IMG/VR virus record: IMGVR_UViG_3300042691_030776
Reading direction: 5' to 3' (one strand)
DNA: 64,000 nucleotides
DNA from: a virus
Positions 43,781-53,932 of this stretch are shown piece after piece; positions within the stretch are counted from its first letter, which is position 1; each line of letters opens with the position of its first letter. The position numbers and the translations under genes are program-made. The notes beneath the pieces were generated by a model. It was not told the origin of the DNA, did no database searches, and worked only from the letters and a program-made list of their open reading frames with translations.

Positions 43781-44594
43781 ACGCGGTTATCTAATACTGG
43801 CATCAAACAATGGCCAAGATGACTATGTGGCCTGTGCTCGTGCTTTGGCTAAAAGTCTACGTTACTGGATTCCTGACTGCAAGATTTGTTTGGTCACCGA
43901 TGCCGATGAGCACGATCCTGTGTTTGATATTGTGAGACCTTTTCCTTACGGTGATCAAGATCCCAATGGCAAATGGAAACTCAGCAATGACTGGCAGGCA
44001 TTTCATGCTAGTCCCTTTAGAGAAACCATCAAGCTAGAAGCAGACACAGTGATAGTAGAGAACATTGATCACTGGTGGGCATGGTTTGAACATCGTGATG
44101 TTGTTGTGAGTCGCGGTATTAAAAACTATCTCAACGAGTCTAGCCAATCAAGAGTGTATCGTAGATTGTTTGATGACAACGAGTTGCCCGACGTATACAA
44201 TGCTGTGACTTATTGGAGACTGAGTCAGACCGCAGCCGAGTTCTTTTATTTGGTACGATTGTTTTTTGAGCAGTGGCCCACGGCAAGACAAACATTAAAG
44301 TATTGTGATTCCGTATCCGCCAACACAGACATGATCTATGCCATGGTTGCCAAGTACATGGGAGTAGAACGAGTGACATTACCCAGTGACTGGCCTGCAA
44401 TGACGCACATGAAACCTGCTGTGAACTTTTTAAAAACAGACGCTAGACCCTGGACTGCCGAAATGGTATGGGAACTAGTCGAAGGTAGATTGAGAATCAA
44501 CACAGTAGAGCAACAGGGCGTTGTGCATTATCATCACAAGGCTTTTGCCAAAGAACTAGAGGAACATTATGGACGCCTTTTGGCAAGCCGCTAA
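43764..44594 (+). CDS. Glycosyltransferase, GT-A fold, paralog of the upstream gene
   Basis: RGYLILA..N...DYV.CA..LAKS, SPFRETIKLEAD (ExD variant). Confidence 0.65.
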   Translation: MAVEFERGYLILASNNGQDDYVACARALAKSLRYWIPDCKICLVTDADEHDPVFDIVRPFPYGDQDPNGKWKLSNDWQAFHASPFRETIKLEADTVIVENIDHWWAWFEHRDVVVSRGIKNYLNESSQSRVYRRLFDDNELPDVYNAVTYWRLSQTAAEFFYLVRLFFEQWPTARQTLKYCDSVSANTDMIYAMVAKYMGVERVTLPSDWPAMTHMKPAVNFLKTDARPWTAEMVWELVEGRLRINTVEQQGVVHYHHKAFAKELEEHYGRLLASR

Positions 44595-44913
44595 CTCGCA
44601 CGATTGGGTTCAGCCCGAAGCTAGACAGGAGTTTAGGCTCTACTATGATGACACAGGAAATGTGTTATACTACAGCATGGAAGATTTACCAGGCACATTC
44701 CTTGTCATTGATCGATTGACATTTGATCAACAACGATTTGATATCCGAATCAAGGATGGTAAAATCGTAAAGCTGAATCATCCGGCCAGTTGGAAACTGG
44801 CGCCCGCCGACTCAGGAACCGCTTGCCATCCACAAGATGTTTCTTTGGTAGTGGGCGAAACAGCACACGACAAACAATATTGGGAAGTGAAAACAACTTA
44901 TGAATCAGATTGA
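44569..44913 (+). CDS. Hypothetical protein (114 aa)
   Basis: GAGG RBS, overlaps both neighbours within the operon. Confidence 0.65.
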   Translation: MDAFWQAANSHDWVQPEARQEFRLYYDDTGNVLYYSMEDLPGTFLVIDRLTFDQQRFDIRIKDGKIVKLNHPASWKLAPADSGTACHPQDVSLVVGETAHDKQYWEVKTTYESD

Positions 44914-45829
44914 CATAGCAGACTTAGACTGCATTTATTTGAGTTACGACGAACCTCAAAAGGAAGAGTTTTGGGTACGCATCAAGAACATGGTTCCTTG
45001 GGCCAAACGTGTAGATGGAGTCAAAGGATCTGACGCCGCACACAAAGCCGCGGCCGATGCCAGCGAAACAGAACGATTTATACTTGTTGACGGCGACAAC
45101 TTACCTGATGAACGTTTTTTCAATCTTACGTTAGAATATCACAGTGATGAATGGGAGCGAGCAGTATATCGTTGGCGAGCTCGCAATCACATCAACGGGC
45201 TTATGTACGGTAATGGCGGCATTAGTAGTTGGACACGAGAGTTTGTATGGAACATGAAAACACACGAAAACACCGATGGCCGAACAGAAACTGAAGTAGA
45301 GTTTTGTTTTGATCCCTTGTACTGGCCCATGTACGATTGCTACTCTACCACATATCCCAATGGATCACCGTTCCATGCCTGGCGTGCCGGCTTCCGTGAA
45401 GGTGTAAAAATGTGCTTGGATCGTGGCAAAAAGCCTACGGTGAGCGAGTTTAAAGATCGTGTGCATAAACGAAACTTTGATCATCTCTCTATCTGGCACA
45501 ATGTGGGCTGTGATGTAGAAAATGGTTTCTGGGCCATCGCCGGAGCACGGCAAGGCACATACATGACCATGCTCAGCGAATGGGATCATCGAGAAGTTCA
45601 GAACTTTGATTGTCTTAAAAACATTTGGGAAGCAGTGGCCGCGCCTAGGGAGCCAGCAGATCTCATTGACCAATATCATGAACCATTACTGACGCAGTTA
45701 GGACTACCCATGGCCTTCATGCCTCCGTTCCAGAGTGCATTCTTCAAAGATCATTACAGGTCAAACTGGCATAATCGTGGTGTAATGACTCGAGAGATTG
45801 ATGTTATCCGGAGCCAAGAAGGATGGTAA
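44900..45829 (+). CDS. Glycosyltransferase-like protein, GT-A (GT2-like)
   Basis: YLSYDEP, RVDGVKG...AHKAAA, ILVDGDN (DxD), AWRAGFREGVK. Confidence 0.62.
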   Translation: MNQIDIADLDCIYLSYDEPQKEEFWVRIKNMVPWAKRVDGVKGSDAAHKAAADASETERFILVDGDNLPDERFFNLTLEYHSDEWERAVYRWRARNHINGLMYGNGGISSWTREFVWNMKTHENTDGRTETEVEFCFDPLYWPMYDCYSTTYPNGSPFHAWRAGFREGVKMCLDRGKKPTVSEFKDRVHKRNFDHLSIWHNVGCDVENGFWAIAGARQGTYMTMLSEWDHREVQNFDCLKNIWEAVAAPREPADLIDQYHEPLLTQLGLPMAFMPPFQSAFFKDHYRSNWHNRGVMTREIDVIRSQEGW

Positions 45830-46818
45830 TCCTGGTTTACACTAGAGATCGATTAATATGGAATCACTCTGAAATGTTAATCGATCTGTGTAAGGCAATG
45901 AGCATAGACGATGACATTGTGATAGATCTCAACAGCGAAGGCTGCGACTGCAAAGACATAGGCTTATACGATCTCATTGATCAGTGTGCTAAGAAGTTTG
46001 ATTACGACATATCAAAGATTTCAATACACACCAACAACGTATTAGAACGTCACGAAAAGATCAATATAAAAACATCTTTTACTTGGAGTCTAATGAGAAG
46101 AGAAGCTAAAATTCACGCCAACGAACCACAGGTCAAACAATCTACACTCAAACACTTTGGTAGATTCATTGGAAGAAGTAATGCTCCTCGATTGATACTT
46201 AGCACTTACCTGGATGAACATCACCCAGAAAAAACTCTAGGAACTTTTCATTACAATCCGGAAGATGATTTTCACAAAGATTTTGCGGGTCTGGAGTCTA
46301 TAATAAATGATTTCCAAATAACTAACATAGAATCACATGCTAGATTTTTAGCATCCTGTCCGAGATCTGTCAGCAATCAAAACTTTAGATTTCAAGTAGG
46401 ATCACCAGACGATCACTATACGCAGATGCTGGCCGGAGACAGGAATCAGTTTGTGAACTTGTATTCGAGTGTCTTTGTAGACATCGTGTCGGAATCCTTT
46501 TACAATGGTAATACATTCTTTGTCACCGAAAAAACCTATAGGCCAATGCTTTGCCTCACACCTTTTATCATTCAAGGCCCAACAGGATTTTTAAAAAATC
46601 TCAAAAACTTTGGATTCAAGACCTTTGACAAATGGTGGGACGAAGGCTATGACGAAGATCCTCCTGCCTGGGCTATTAAAGAAATAATAAAAGTCATTGA
46701 GCACTTGGCTTCTAAGTCGCAGTCCGAACTTCGAGCCATGCTACTGGACATGCAAGATGTGTTAGCGCACAATAGAAATCTGATAATCGAGATGGATAAA
46801 AAACATGTTACAAAATAA
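45823..46818 (+). CDS. GT-B-like glycosyltransferase (TEK motif; GT10/GT47-like) #1
   Basis: FVDIVSES...FVTEKTYRP...PFII.G...L..LK.FGFKTF..WWDEGYD. Confidence 0.55.
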   Translation: MVILVYTRDRLIWNHSEMLIDLCKAMSIDDDIVIDLNSEGCDCKDIGLYDLIDQCAKKFDYDISKISIHTNNVLERHEKINIKTSFTWSLMRREAKIHANEPQVKQSTLKHFGRFIGRSNAPRLILSTYLDEHHPEKTLGTFHYNPEDDFHKDFAGLESIINDFQITNIESHARFLASCPRSVSNQNFRFQVGSPDDHYTQMLAGDRNQFVNLYSSVFVDIVSESFYNGNTFFVTEKTYRPMLCLTPFIIQGPTGFLKNLKNFGFKTFDKWWDEGYDEDPPAWAIKEIIKVIEHLASKSQSELRAMLLDMQDVLAHNRNLIIEMDKKHVTK

Positions 46819-48229
46819 AGGCGACGAAGTTACTACAGATTTTAAATCAAAGTTTCTCAGCGACGCTGAACGAATGAAGCAACAACTGGACTCAGTGAGT
46901 CCCAGCATGTGTTTGGCCAAGTGGAAACAAGTAAGTCTACACCTAACAACAGGACATACCAATAGCTGTTATCATCCTCCCTTGCACAAGATACGAATCG
47001 AAGACATACAACGAAGCCCATCGGGCATTCACAACACTGAGCATAAAAAACAACAAAGAAAACTCATGCTAGAAGGCACACGCCCCGGGGAATGTCAGTA
47101 CTGTTGGACCATGGAAGACAACGGCAAGCTCAGTGATCGACACTATCGTTCGGGTGAGCCCTGGGCAGCCAAAGACTTTGAAAAAATCACACAGGCACCT
47201 TGGGACCAGGATGCTATTCCCAGCTACGTCGAAGTCAACTTCAATTCGGCGTGTAATCTAAAGTGCAGTTATTGTAGTCCACAGTTCAGTTCTAGCTGGA
47301 TGGATGAAGCAGAACGTGAGGGCGCATTCCCTACATCAACTCCACACAATGATCCTGCTTACTTTTCAGGCGAACGCAGACCCATACCCAACAGAGAAGA
47401 TAACCCTTATGTAGATGCATTTTGGGAATGGTGGCCTACCTTGTATCCTGAGCTGGAACATTTTCGAATGACTGGCGGCGAACCGCTGATGGATAAAAAC
47501 ACCTATCGCGTGTTTGACTATGTACTCACACACAACAACCCCAAGCTACATCTAAATGTCACATCAAACTTTTCAGTAGACGAAAAACTCTGGCAAAGAT
47601 ATCTTGGCTATGTGAAGATGTTGTGCGAAAAAGAAAAAGTTGAACACTTCATGCAGTATGTAAGTCTCGATGCATGGATGGACAAGGCCGAATACATTCG
47701 AAATGGATTGGATTTTAGATTGTTATGGGATCGCGTCAATCAGTTCCTTACAGAGATTCCTGGACGTTCTAGTATCACCTTTATTGTTACCATGAACAAC
47801 TTGTCTGTGACTAGTTTTCAAGATCTCATGGTAGCGATACTGGGACTAAGACAAATCTATTCAACGACATATCAGAGAGTATGGTTTGACACTCCTGTGC
47901 TACGCACACCAACTTGGCAGAGCATGCAACTGCTGCCAGAGAGCTATGCAGACATGTTAGAATCTACCTGGGTCTGGATGATGAAAAATCTTGAAACTGA
48001 AGAAACACGTTTCAAAGGATTTAAAGATTACGAACTCAGCAGATTAGACAGAGACATTGTTTGGATGCGTGACGGCGCCAAACTAGACCCAGACTATGTG
48101 CGTAGACAAAAAGCAGACTTCTACAGATTCTTCAATGAACATGACAGACGTCGTGGCACAAGATTTTTAAAGGTATTTCCTGAAATGGTTGAGTGGTGGG
48201 TAGATTGCGGAAACTGGAGTAAACAATGA
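46805..48229 (+). CDS. Radical SAM enzyme with N-terminal Twitch-like Fe-S domain #1
   Basis: CLAKW...SCYH...CQYCW; CNLKCSYC; TGGEP. Confidence 0.88.
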   Translation: MLQNKGDEVTTDFKSKFLSDAERMKQQLDSVSPSMCLAKWKQVSLHLTTGHTNSCYHPPLHKIRIEDIQRSPSGIHNTEHKKQQRKLMLEGTRPGECQYCWTMEDNGKLSDRHYRSGEPWAAKDFEKITQAPWDQDAIPSYVEVNFNSACNLKCSYCSPQFSSSWMDEAEREGAFPTSTPHNDPAYFSGERRPIPNREDNPYVDAFWEWWPTLYPELEHFRMTGGEPLMDKNTYRVFDYVLTHNNPKLHLNVTSNFSVDEKLWQRYLGYVKMLCEKEKVEHFMQYVSLDAWMDKAEYIRNGLDFRLLWDRVNQFLTEIPGRSSITFIVTMNNLSVTSFQDLMVAILGLRQIYSTTYQRVWFDTPVLRTPTWQSMQLLPESYADMLESTWVWMMKNLETEETRFKGFKDYELSRLDRDIVWMRDGAKLDPDYVRRQKADFYRFFNEHDRRRGTRFLKVFPEMVEWWVDCGNWSKQ

Positions 48230-49166
48230 AAACCTTAGAGATAACTACGCAGATCGGATGCCCGTTGATGTGTACCTTTTGTCCGCAAGACAAGTTGAGA
48301 CAGGCCTACACAGATCCTATAAAAAAAATGTCCGTAGAAACGTTTGCCACCGTACTATCTAAACTACCCAAAGATGTACGCATAGTGTTTGCTGGTTACA
48401 CCGAACCCTGGGCCAATGATTTATGTAATGATTTTTTAGAATTATCTTTACAACAAGGATTTGATGTCAGTATCTACACTACGTTATACAACATAACTCC
48501 TGCACGGTGTGATCAACTAATCGTATTATTAAAACAATACAAACTGCAGATTAAAGAGTTTTGGGTACATCTGCCAGATCAAAATAAAAATATGGTTGGG
48601 TTCAGATATAGCAAAGATTTTGAATATGCGCTTGACTGTGTTTCTCGGCTTAAAAATGTAAATTACATGACCATGGATTCAGAATCTAAAATGGATCCTA
48701 CTATACAAACAAATATTGTGCCGCAGTCTTGGTATCTGCATACACGAGCAAACAATTTAACAATCAAAAATATTAAACAACAACCAGTGAACTCGCCGCC
48801 TCGTTATGAATTTATTGTGGAATGTACACGCAACAAAGATTACCATTCCAATATATTATTGCCCAATGGTGATGTGATACTTTGTTGTATGGACTATGGA
48901 CTTAAACATACTTTGGGAAATTTATTGACACAATCATACGATGAAATTTTACACGGCCGCGAACTAAAACGATTAACTGAACTAAACAATCAAATAGGTT
49001 TTTCAGAAGAAACATTATGCAAATCGTGCAATGATGCATATTGTCATACCCCATGGAATAATAAAAAAGTCTGGGATATTGTGGCCAAAATTGACCCGGA
49101 TAGCCTGGGACTATAAAATGCCAAGATTTTTAAAAACATTTTTGCGGACACTGGAGTAAACAATGA
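48205..49166 (+). repeat. 25-bp direct repeat (1 mismatch) flanking the rSAM/SPASM gene
   Basis: ttgcggaaactggagtaaacaatga 48205-48229 and ttgcggacactggagtaaacaatga 49142-49166; also caagatttttaaa at 48159-48171 and 49122-49134. Confidence 0.85.
48226..49116 (+). CDS. Radical SAM enzyme with C-terminal SPASM/Twitch domain
   Basis: CPLMCTFC, FAGYTEP, C...LPNGDVILCCMDY...LGNL...CKSC. Confidence 0.88.
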   Translation: MKTLEITTQIGCPLMCTFCPQDKLRQAYTDPIKKMSVETFATVLSKLPKDVRIVFAGYTEPWANDLCNDFLELSLQQGFDVSIYTTLYNITPARCDQLIVLLKQYKLQIKEFWVHLPDQNKNMVGFRYSKDFEYALDCVSRLKNVNYMTMDSESKMDPTIQTNIVPQSWYLHTRANNLTIKNIKQQPVNSPPRYEFIVECTRNKDYHSNILLPNGDVILCCMDYGLKHTLGNLLTQSYDEILHGRELKRLTELNNQIGFSEETLCKSCNDAYCHTPWNNKKVWDIVAKIDPDSLGL

Positions 49167-50188
49167 CCACTGAATTTATTGGAGTCTATTTTTCTGAAGA
49201 TATGGAATATTCTTCTGAAGAGCGATTTTGCAGTGCTGATATTCTGAATCAGATCAATTTGGCATTCCCAAATGAAAAAAATCTATTGGTCAATCTTACC
49301 TGGTTTGGGCCACAGTTTGACAACGATACCTGGGATCAGTTGTTGCATCTGGAAAATAACAAAATACATTTTGATAACGTATTCTTCTTGGCCACGGTTG
49401 ACCCAGCATATCTGAATGTAACTGAATTGCAACAAGTAAAAAACATGGTCCAGGCTTTGAAAGTTTTTTATTTAGGTAACTTTGACAGTGAATACCAGTT
49501 TAATTTTTTTGCACCTATAACTGCAAAAAAGTTTAAAAAATATGATGATAATCAACTGTTATTAGATAATCTAAAATATTTGTTTGTTAACTATAATAGA
49601 AAACCCAAACAACATCGTGTTGAGTTTGTTAAAAAATTAATAGCTCAAGACTTGTCTAGTCTAGGAGTTATCACTTTGGGAACAGATGCCACAAATGATC
49701 TTTTGTTGACCATTGGTGAAAAAGACGAAGACTATCTTGATTACGGAAATTCCAAAGTGCATTGGGGGAAGTTTGGAGTACCACACGACATGTACAGTTT
49801 ACATCGTATGGACATTTGGAATCATACCTTTTTGTACATCAATGGTGCAACAGAATTCAACCCAGTCAATGATTTATTCTGCCAGCAAGACACATTCAAA
49901 CCCATGATTGGGCTACGTCCATTTGTGATAAACGGTGTACAAAAAACCTATCGATGGCTCAGGAATCATGGTTTTAAAACTTTTAACCAGTACTGGTCAC
50001 ACATTGACATTGAAAACGGAGATGTACACGATACGTTGATAGAGTTAATCAAGTATTTAAAAGCAACTCCGTCGGAAGATATCATCTCCATGTACAATGA
50101 CATGTTGCCAGATTTGCAACACAATAAACAAAGATTTTATGAATTTGCCAAGGAACAAAAATACAAAATGGAACATCTATTTCAGTGA
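49163..50188 (+). CDS. GT-B-like glycosyltransferase, divergent TEK-family member #2
   Basis: YNRKPKQHR, ATEF...CQQDTFKPMIGLRPFVING...GFKTF. Confidence 0.5.
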   Translation: MTTEFIGVYFSEDMEYSSEERFCSADILNQINLAFPNEKNLLVNLTWFGPQFDNDTWDQLLHLENNKIHFDNVFFLATVDPAYLNVTELQQVKNMVQALKVFYLGNFDSEYQFNFFAPITAKKFKKYDDNQLLLDNLKYLFVNYNRKPKQHRVEFVKKLIAQDLSSLGVITLGTDATNDLLLTIGEKDEDYLDYGNSKVHWGKFGVPHDMYSLHRMDIWNHTFLYINGATEFNPVNDLFCQQDTFKPMIGLRPFVINGVQKTYRWLRNHGFKTFNQYWSHIDIENGDVHDTLIELIKYLKATPSEDIISMYNDMLPDLQHNKQRFYEFAKEQKYKMEHLFQ

Positions 50189-50205
50189 GATGGATATAAG
50201 ATATC

Positions 50206-51219
50206 ATGCAAATCATCCTTGAACCAGGTCTGGCTCTTAACTATCTCAGTCACGACAGTGACATCACTGTGGGGCATCTTGCCATGACACCTGACATCTA
50301 TGTGATTAGTCTTAGGACACTGATACAAAATTGGCGCCATGCCAGAATCCTTGACATACTAGAACTAGGCGGTCGTATTATTATAGAAAAAACAGATGAA
50401 AGTGTGGTAACTCAATGGCATATAGCATCCAATCCACATTATTTGTCTAAAATGCAATCAGGACAGATACGTTGGATCACCGGCGGAGATGCACCCAACG
50501 GAATAGTTAACTTAAACTCAGAACATTTTTTGGCAGCCACTATTGGTAGTCAGCCCTACGGTGTTCCATTGCTAGATTACAACAGGTACAATCGCAAACA
50601 CACATTTCTTTTTACAAATCGAAAACTGCGACCACACAGACAGTATCTTATTAATCTTTTACAAAAGCAAGAGCTATTGGAAAATGCGTTATGGTGCAAT
50701 CACGACAAAGACATTACCTGGGGGCATCCTGACTTTAACAAAGTGTATTCTCAGGAAACTGTGGAGACCAAACATTTACCCGCAGGGTATGATGTCGATG
50801 CTGACTGGGTTGACGGAGTTATTGTTCCAGCACAATACAAGGAAACATGGTTTACATTGGTTTCTGAAACAGTGTTTGAAACGCCGGCAAGTTTTCGAAC
50901 TGAAAAGTTTTACAAGCCTGTGTTAGCTGGGCATCCTTTTATAGTGTGCGCTAACCGTGACTTCTACAAAGATTTAAAACATCTTGGATTCCAAACGTAC
51001 GGACAATGGATCGACGAGTCATTTGATAGTATCGATGACGGTCAAGAAAGAATACAACGGTTGGTACAGGAAGTATCATGGCTCACGCAACAAGATTTAC
51101 CAAAATTTTGGGAAGAAACCAAGGAAACACGTTTATATAATCTACGCCATGCATTTGCGATACATAGTAGTCAACAACAGACATTTACACAACAGCTGAA
51201 AGATTTCGTCAATGCCTAG
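50206..51219 (+). CDS. GT-B-like glycosyltransferase (TEK motif) #3
   Basis: NRKLRPHR, LVSETVF...RTEKFYKPVLAGHPFIV...GFQTY...IDESFD. Confidence 0.55.
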   Translation: MQIILEPGLALNYLSHDSDITVGHLAMTPDIYVISLRTLIQNWRHARILDILELGGRIIIEKTDESVVTQWHIASNPHYLSKMQSGQIRWITGGDAPNGIVNLNSEHFLAATIGSQPYGVPLLDYNRYNRKHTFLFTNRKLRPHRQYLINLLQKQELLENALWCNHDKDITWGHPDFNKVYSQETVETKHLPAGYDVDADWVDGVIVPAQYKETWFTLVSETVFETPASFRTEKFYKPVLAGHPFIVCANRDFYKDLKHLGFQTYGQWIDESFDSIDDGQERIQRLVQEVSWLTQQDLPKFWEETKETRLYNLRHAFAIHSSQQQTFTQQLKDFVNA

Positions 51220-52564
51220 ATTAAATAACGAAACCGACCTCGAATACAAACGCAGAGTGATTGACATCAAGTCCGAATCATTCTGCGGAGCCAAATGGTA
51301 CAATGCCACTATCTGGCTGGGTTCAGGCATGACCACCAGCTGTCATCATCCCTTGCCGCACCGAGTGGAAGTAGCAGAAGTAGAAGCTAACCCCAAAGCC
51401 TTACACAACACACAAAAGAAAAAAATGGAACGTGAGCAAATGCAACGTGGCGAACGTCCCCGAGGTTGTGAATACTGTTGGAAGATTGAAGACATTGGAC
51501 GAGACAACATTTCAGATCGTGTTTACAAAACTGTATTATACTCAGATGAGGATCTAGCACATGCATACCGGACACCACCCAGTGAAGACTTTGATCTACA
51601 AACACTGGAAATCGCTTTTGACCGTACTTGCCAATTCGCTTGTTCTTATTGCAATCCGGCTTTCTCAAGCACATGGGTGCGTGATATTAAACAACACGGA
51701 TCCTACCAAGGATTGATCAGCGACGGTCGCAATCACTTTACACATCCGCATGATTCGGCACAGCTCTATACCATCAACGATCGTAACCCTTATGTGGAAG
51801 CGTTTTTTAAGTGGTGGGATTTGAGCCTGCACCGCACTCTCAAAGAACTACGCATCACAGGCGGAGAGCCTTTGATGTCAGGTTACACATGGAAACTGTT
51901 GGATTGGTTCAAAGAGAACCGTGGTAAATCTTCTACTCGCCTGGCCATAAACTCTAACCTAGGCATGTCAACAGAGGATGTAGTCAAACTGTTGGATCGA
52001 GCACAAGGTGTTACACTGGATATCTATACCAGCAACGAAAGCCTGAACGAAGATGCTGAATACATACGCGACGGACTCGAATGGAATCAATGGATGACCA
52101 ACATGCACATGTTAGCTGGCAGTGGCCGCTTGCGCGGACTGCATGTGATGTGTACTATCAATGCACTGTGTTTGGAAACTTTGCCTGACTTCTTGAACCT
52201 GATGTTGAAGTTCAAACAACAGTACGGTAGAGATTTTCCTACCTTTACATTGAACATACTACGATTCCCCAGCTTCCAAAGTCCTCTGGTACTGCCCGAT
52301 GACATCAGAACACAATATAAAAATAACCTACAACAATGGTATGACGACAATAAGAACAGTGAACTGTTACATCAGATGGAGATCAATCAGGTGCAACGAT
52401 TGATCGATTATCTTGACGTTGTAAAAACCCCGCATTCAGATACATTTGATCGTGCTAGTTTACACAACGATTTTAAAAGATTCCACGAACAATATGATCA
52501 GCGTCGCGGAAAGGATTTCCGCAAAACATTTCCTGCCTTGGCAGATTGGTACGATTCATTATGA
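51212..52564 (+). CDS. Radical SAM enzyme with N-terminal Twitch-like domain #2
   Basis: CGAKW...SCHH...CEYCW; CQFACSYC; TGGEP. Confidence 0.88.
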   Translation: MPRLNNETDLEYKRRVIDIKSESFCGAKWYNATIWLGSGMTTSCHHPLPHRVEVAEVEANPKALHNTQKKKMEREQMQRGERPRGCEYCWKIEDIGRDNISDRVYKTVLYSDEDLAHAYRTPPSEDFDLQTLEIAFDRTCQFACSYCNPAFSSTWVRDIKQHGSYQGLISDGRNHFTHPHDSAQLYTINDRNPYVEAFFKWWDLSLHRTLKELRITGGEPLMSGYTWKLLDWFKENRGKSSTRLAINSNLGMSTEDVVKLLDRAQGVTLDIYTSNESLNEDAEYIRDGLEWNQWMTNMHMLAGSGRLRGLHVMCTINALCLETLPDFLNLMLKFKQQYGRDFPTFTLNILRFPSFQSPLVLPDDIRTQYKNNLQQWYDDNKNSELLHQMEINQVQRLIDYLDVVKTPHSDTFDRASLHNDFKRFHEQYDQRRGKDFRKTFPALADWYDSL

Positions 52565-53931
52565 CAAAGAAAAGCAACCTTAGCAACTACAACTGGAAGG
52601 ATCGGGTGCCCAGTTGGATTCCAATGGAACAACTAACAGAAAAGCAACAACATCGCTTGATGCATTCTGACACATTTTGTATGTTACCCTGGATTCATTT
52701 ACACGCCTGGCCCGATGGCCGTGCCTATCCTTGCTGTTTGGGCAAGGCAGAACATCCGGTGGGCAACTTCAAAGAAAAATCTATGAAAGAAATCTGGAAC
52801 GACGACCCCATGCGACAGATGCGCCGTAACATGCTGGAAGATCGACCCTGTGCTGAGTGCGGAGACTGCTATGAACAAGAATCAGCAGGGTTTGCATCCA
52901 TGCGTAACAACTCCAACAAGAACTTTGCTCAACACATTGACTTAATAGATCAAACGTTGCCCGATGGTACCTCGCCAGATATGAAGTTACACTATTGGGA
53001 CGTGCGCTTTAGCAATATTTGTAATCTTAAATGCCGTAGTTGCGGTAGCATTTTCTCAAGCCGTTGGTATGACGATGACATCAAACTCTGGGGCAAAGAG
53101 CTACGCCCACGTGTACAGTTTGCTGGACGCCACGAAGAAGATGTCTGGGAACAAATGCAAGAACATATTCCGCATTTAGATCAGATCTATTTTGCAGGTG
53201 GTGAACCCTTGATCATGGAAGAGCACAATCGTATTCTCAAACTCCTGATTGAAAAAGGCAACACCAATGTACGATTGATCTACAACACTAATCTAACTGA
53301 ACTACGTTTTAAGAAAGAAAGCGTGATAGATCTATGGAAACATTTCCCCAATGTATGTGTGGCCGCTAGTTTAGATGACATGAGAGAACGTGCGGCAGTT
53401 ATCCGGTCAGGCACAGACTGGGCGCAGGTGGAACAAAATATTCGAGATATCAAACGCGAGTGCCCGCACATTGATTTTATGATCTCGCCTACATTGAGTC
53501 TTATGAACATATGGAACTTTGTGAAATATCATCGTTATATGATTGATCAAGGATTCATTGAACCCAAAGATTTTAATCTCAATATCTTGCAAGGACCAAT
53601 GAACTATCGTATTGATCTACTACCACCAGATATCAAGCAAAGATTCAAGAAAGAGTTTGAGGAACATATTGAATGGTTGATTCCTAGAGATCCTATACAA
53701 CGTGCAGTTGGCGGGTTCCAAGCCGCTATTGCTTTTATGATGTCCACCGACAACAGTCATCTGCTTCCAGAGTTTTGGAAAACAGTAATGGATCTTGATT
53801 GGGCTCGCAATGAATCATTGGAACAAGTAGTTCCTGAACTGGTAGAAATAGCCAGTTACAAACCAGATCACAGAAGATTGCCTATTGATCGCAATCATCG
53901 TGTGCTGAAACAACACAGTCAGTTTGAATAA
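52561..53931 (+). CDS. Radical SAM enzyme with N-terminal Twitch-like domain #3
   Basis: CMLPW...PCC...CGDCY; CNLKCRSC; AGGEP; start reassigned via ATGA overlap. Confidence 0.88.
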   Translation: MTKKSNLSNYNWKDRVPSWIPMEQLTEKQQHRLMHSDTFCMLPWIHLHAWPDGRAYPCCLGKAEHPVGNFKEKSMKEIWNDDPMRQMRRNMLEDRPCAECGDCYEQESAGFASMRNNSNKNFAQHIDLIDQTLPDGTSPDMKLHYWDVRFSNICNLKCRSCGSIFSSRWYDDDIKLWGKELRPRVQFAGRHEEDVWEQMQEHIPHLDQIYFAGGEPLIMEEHNRILKLLIEKGNTNVRLIYNTNLTELRFKKESVIDLWKHFPNVCVAASLDDMRERAAVIRSGTDWAQVEQNIRDIKRECPHIDFMISPTLSLMNIWNFVKYHRYMIDQGFIEPKDFNLNILQGPMNYRIDLLPPDIKQRFKKEFEEHIEWLIPRDPIQRAVGGFQAAIAFMMSTDNSHLLPEFWKTVMDLDWARNESLEQVVPELVEIASYKPDHRRLPIDRNHRVLKQHSQFE

Positions 53932-53932
53932 T

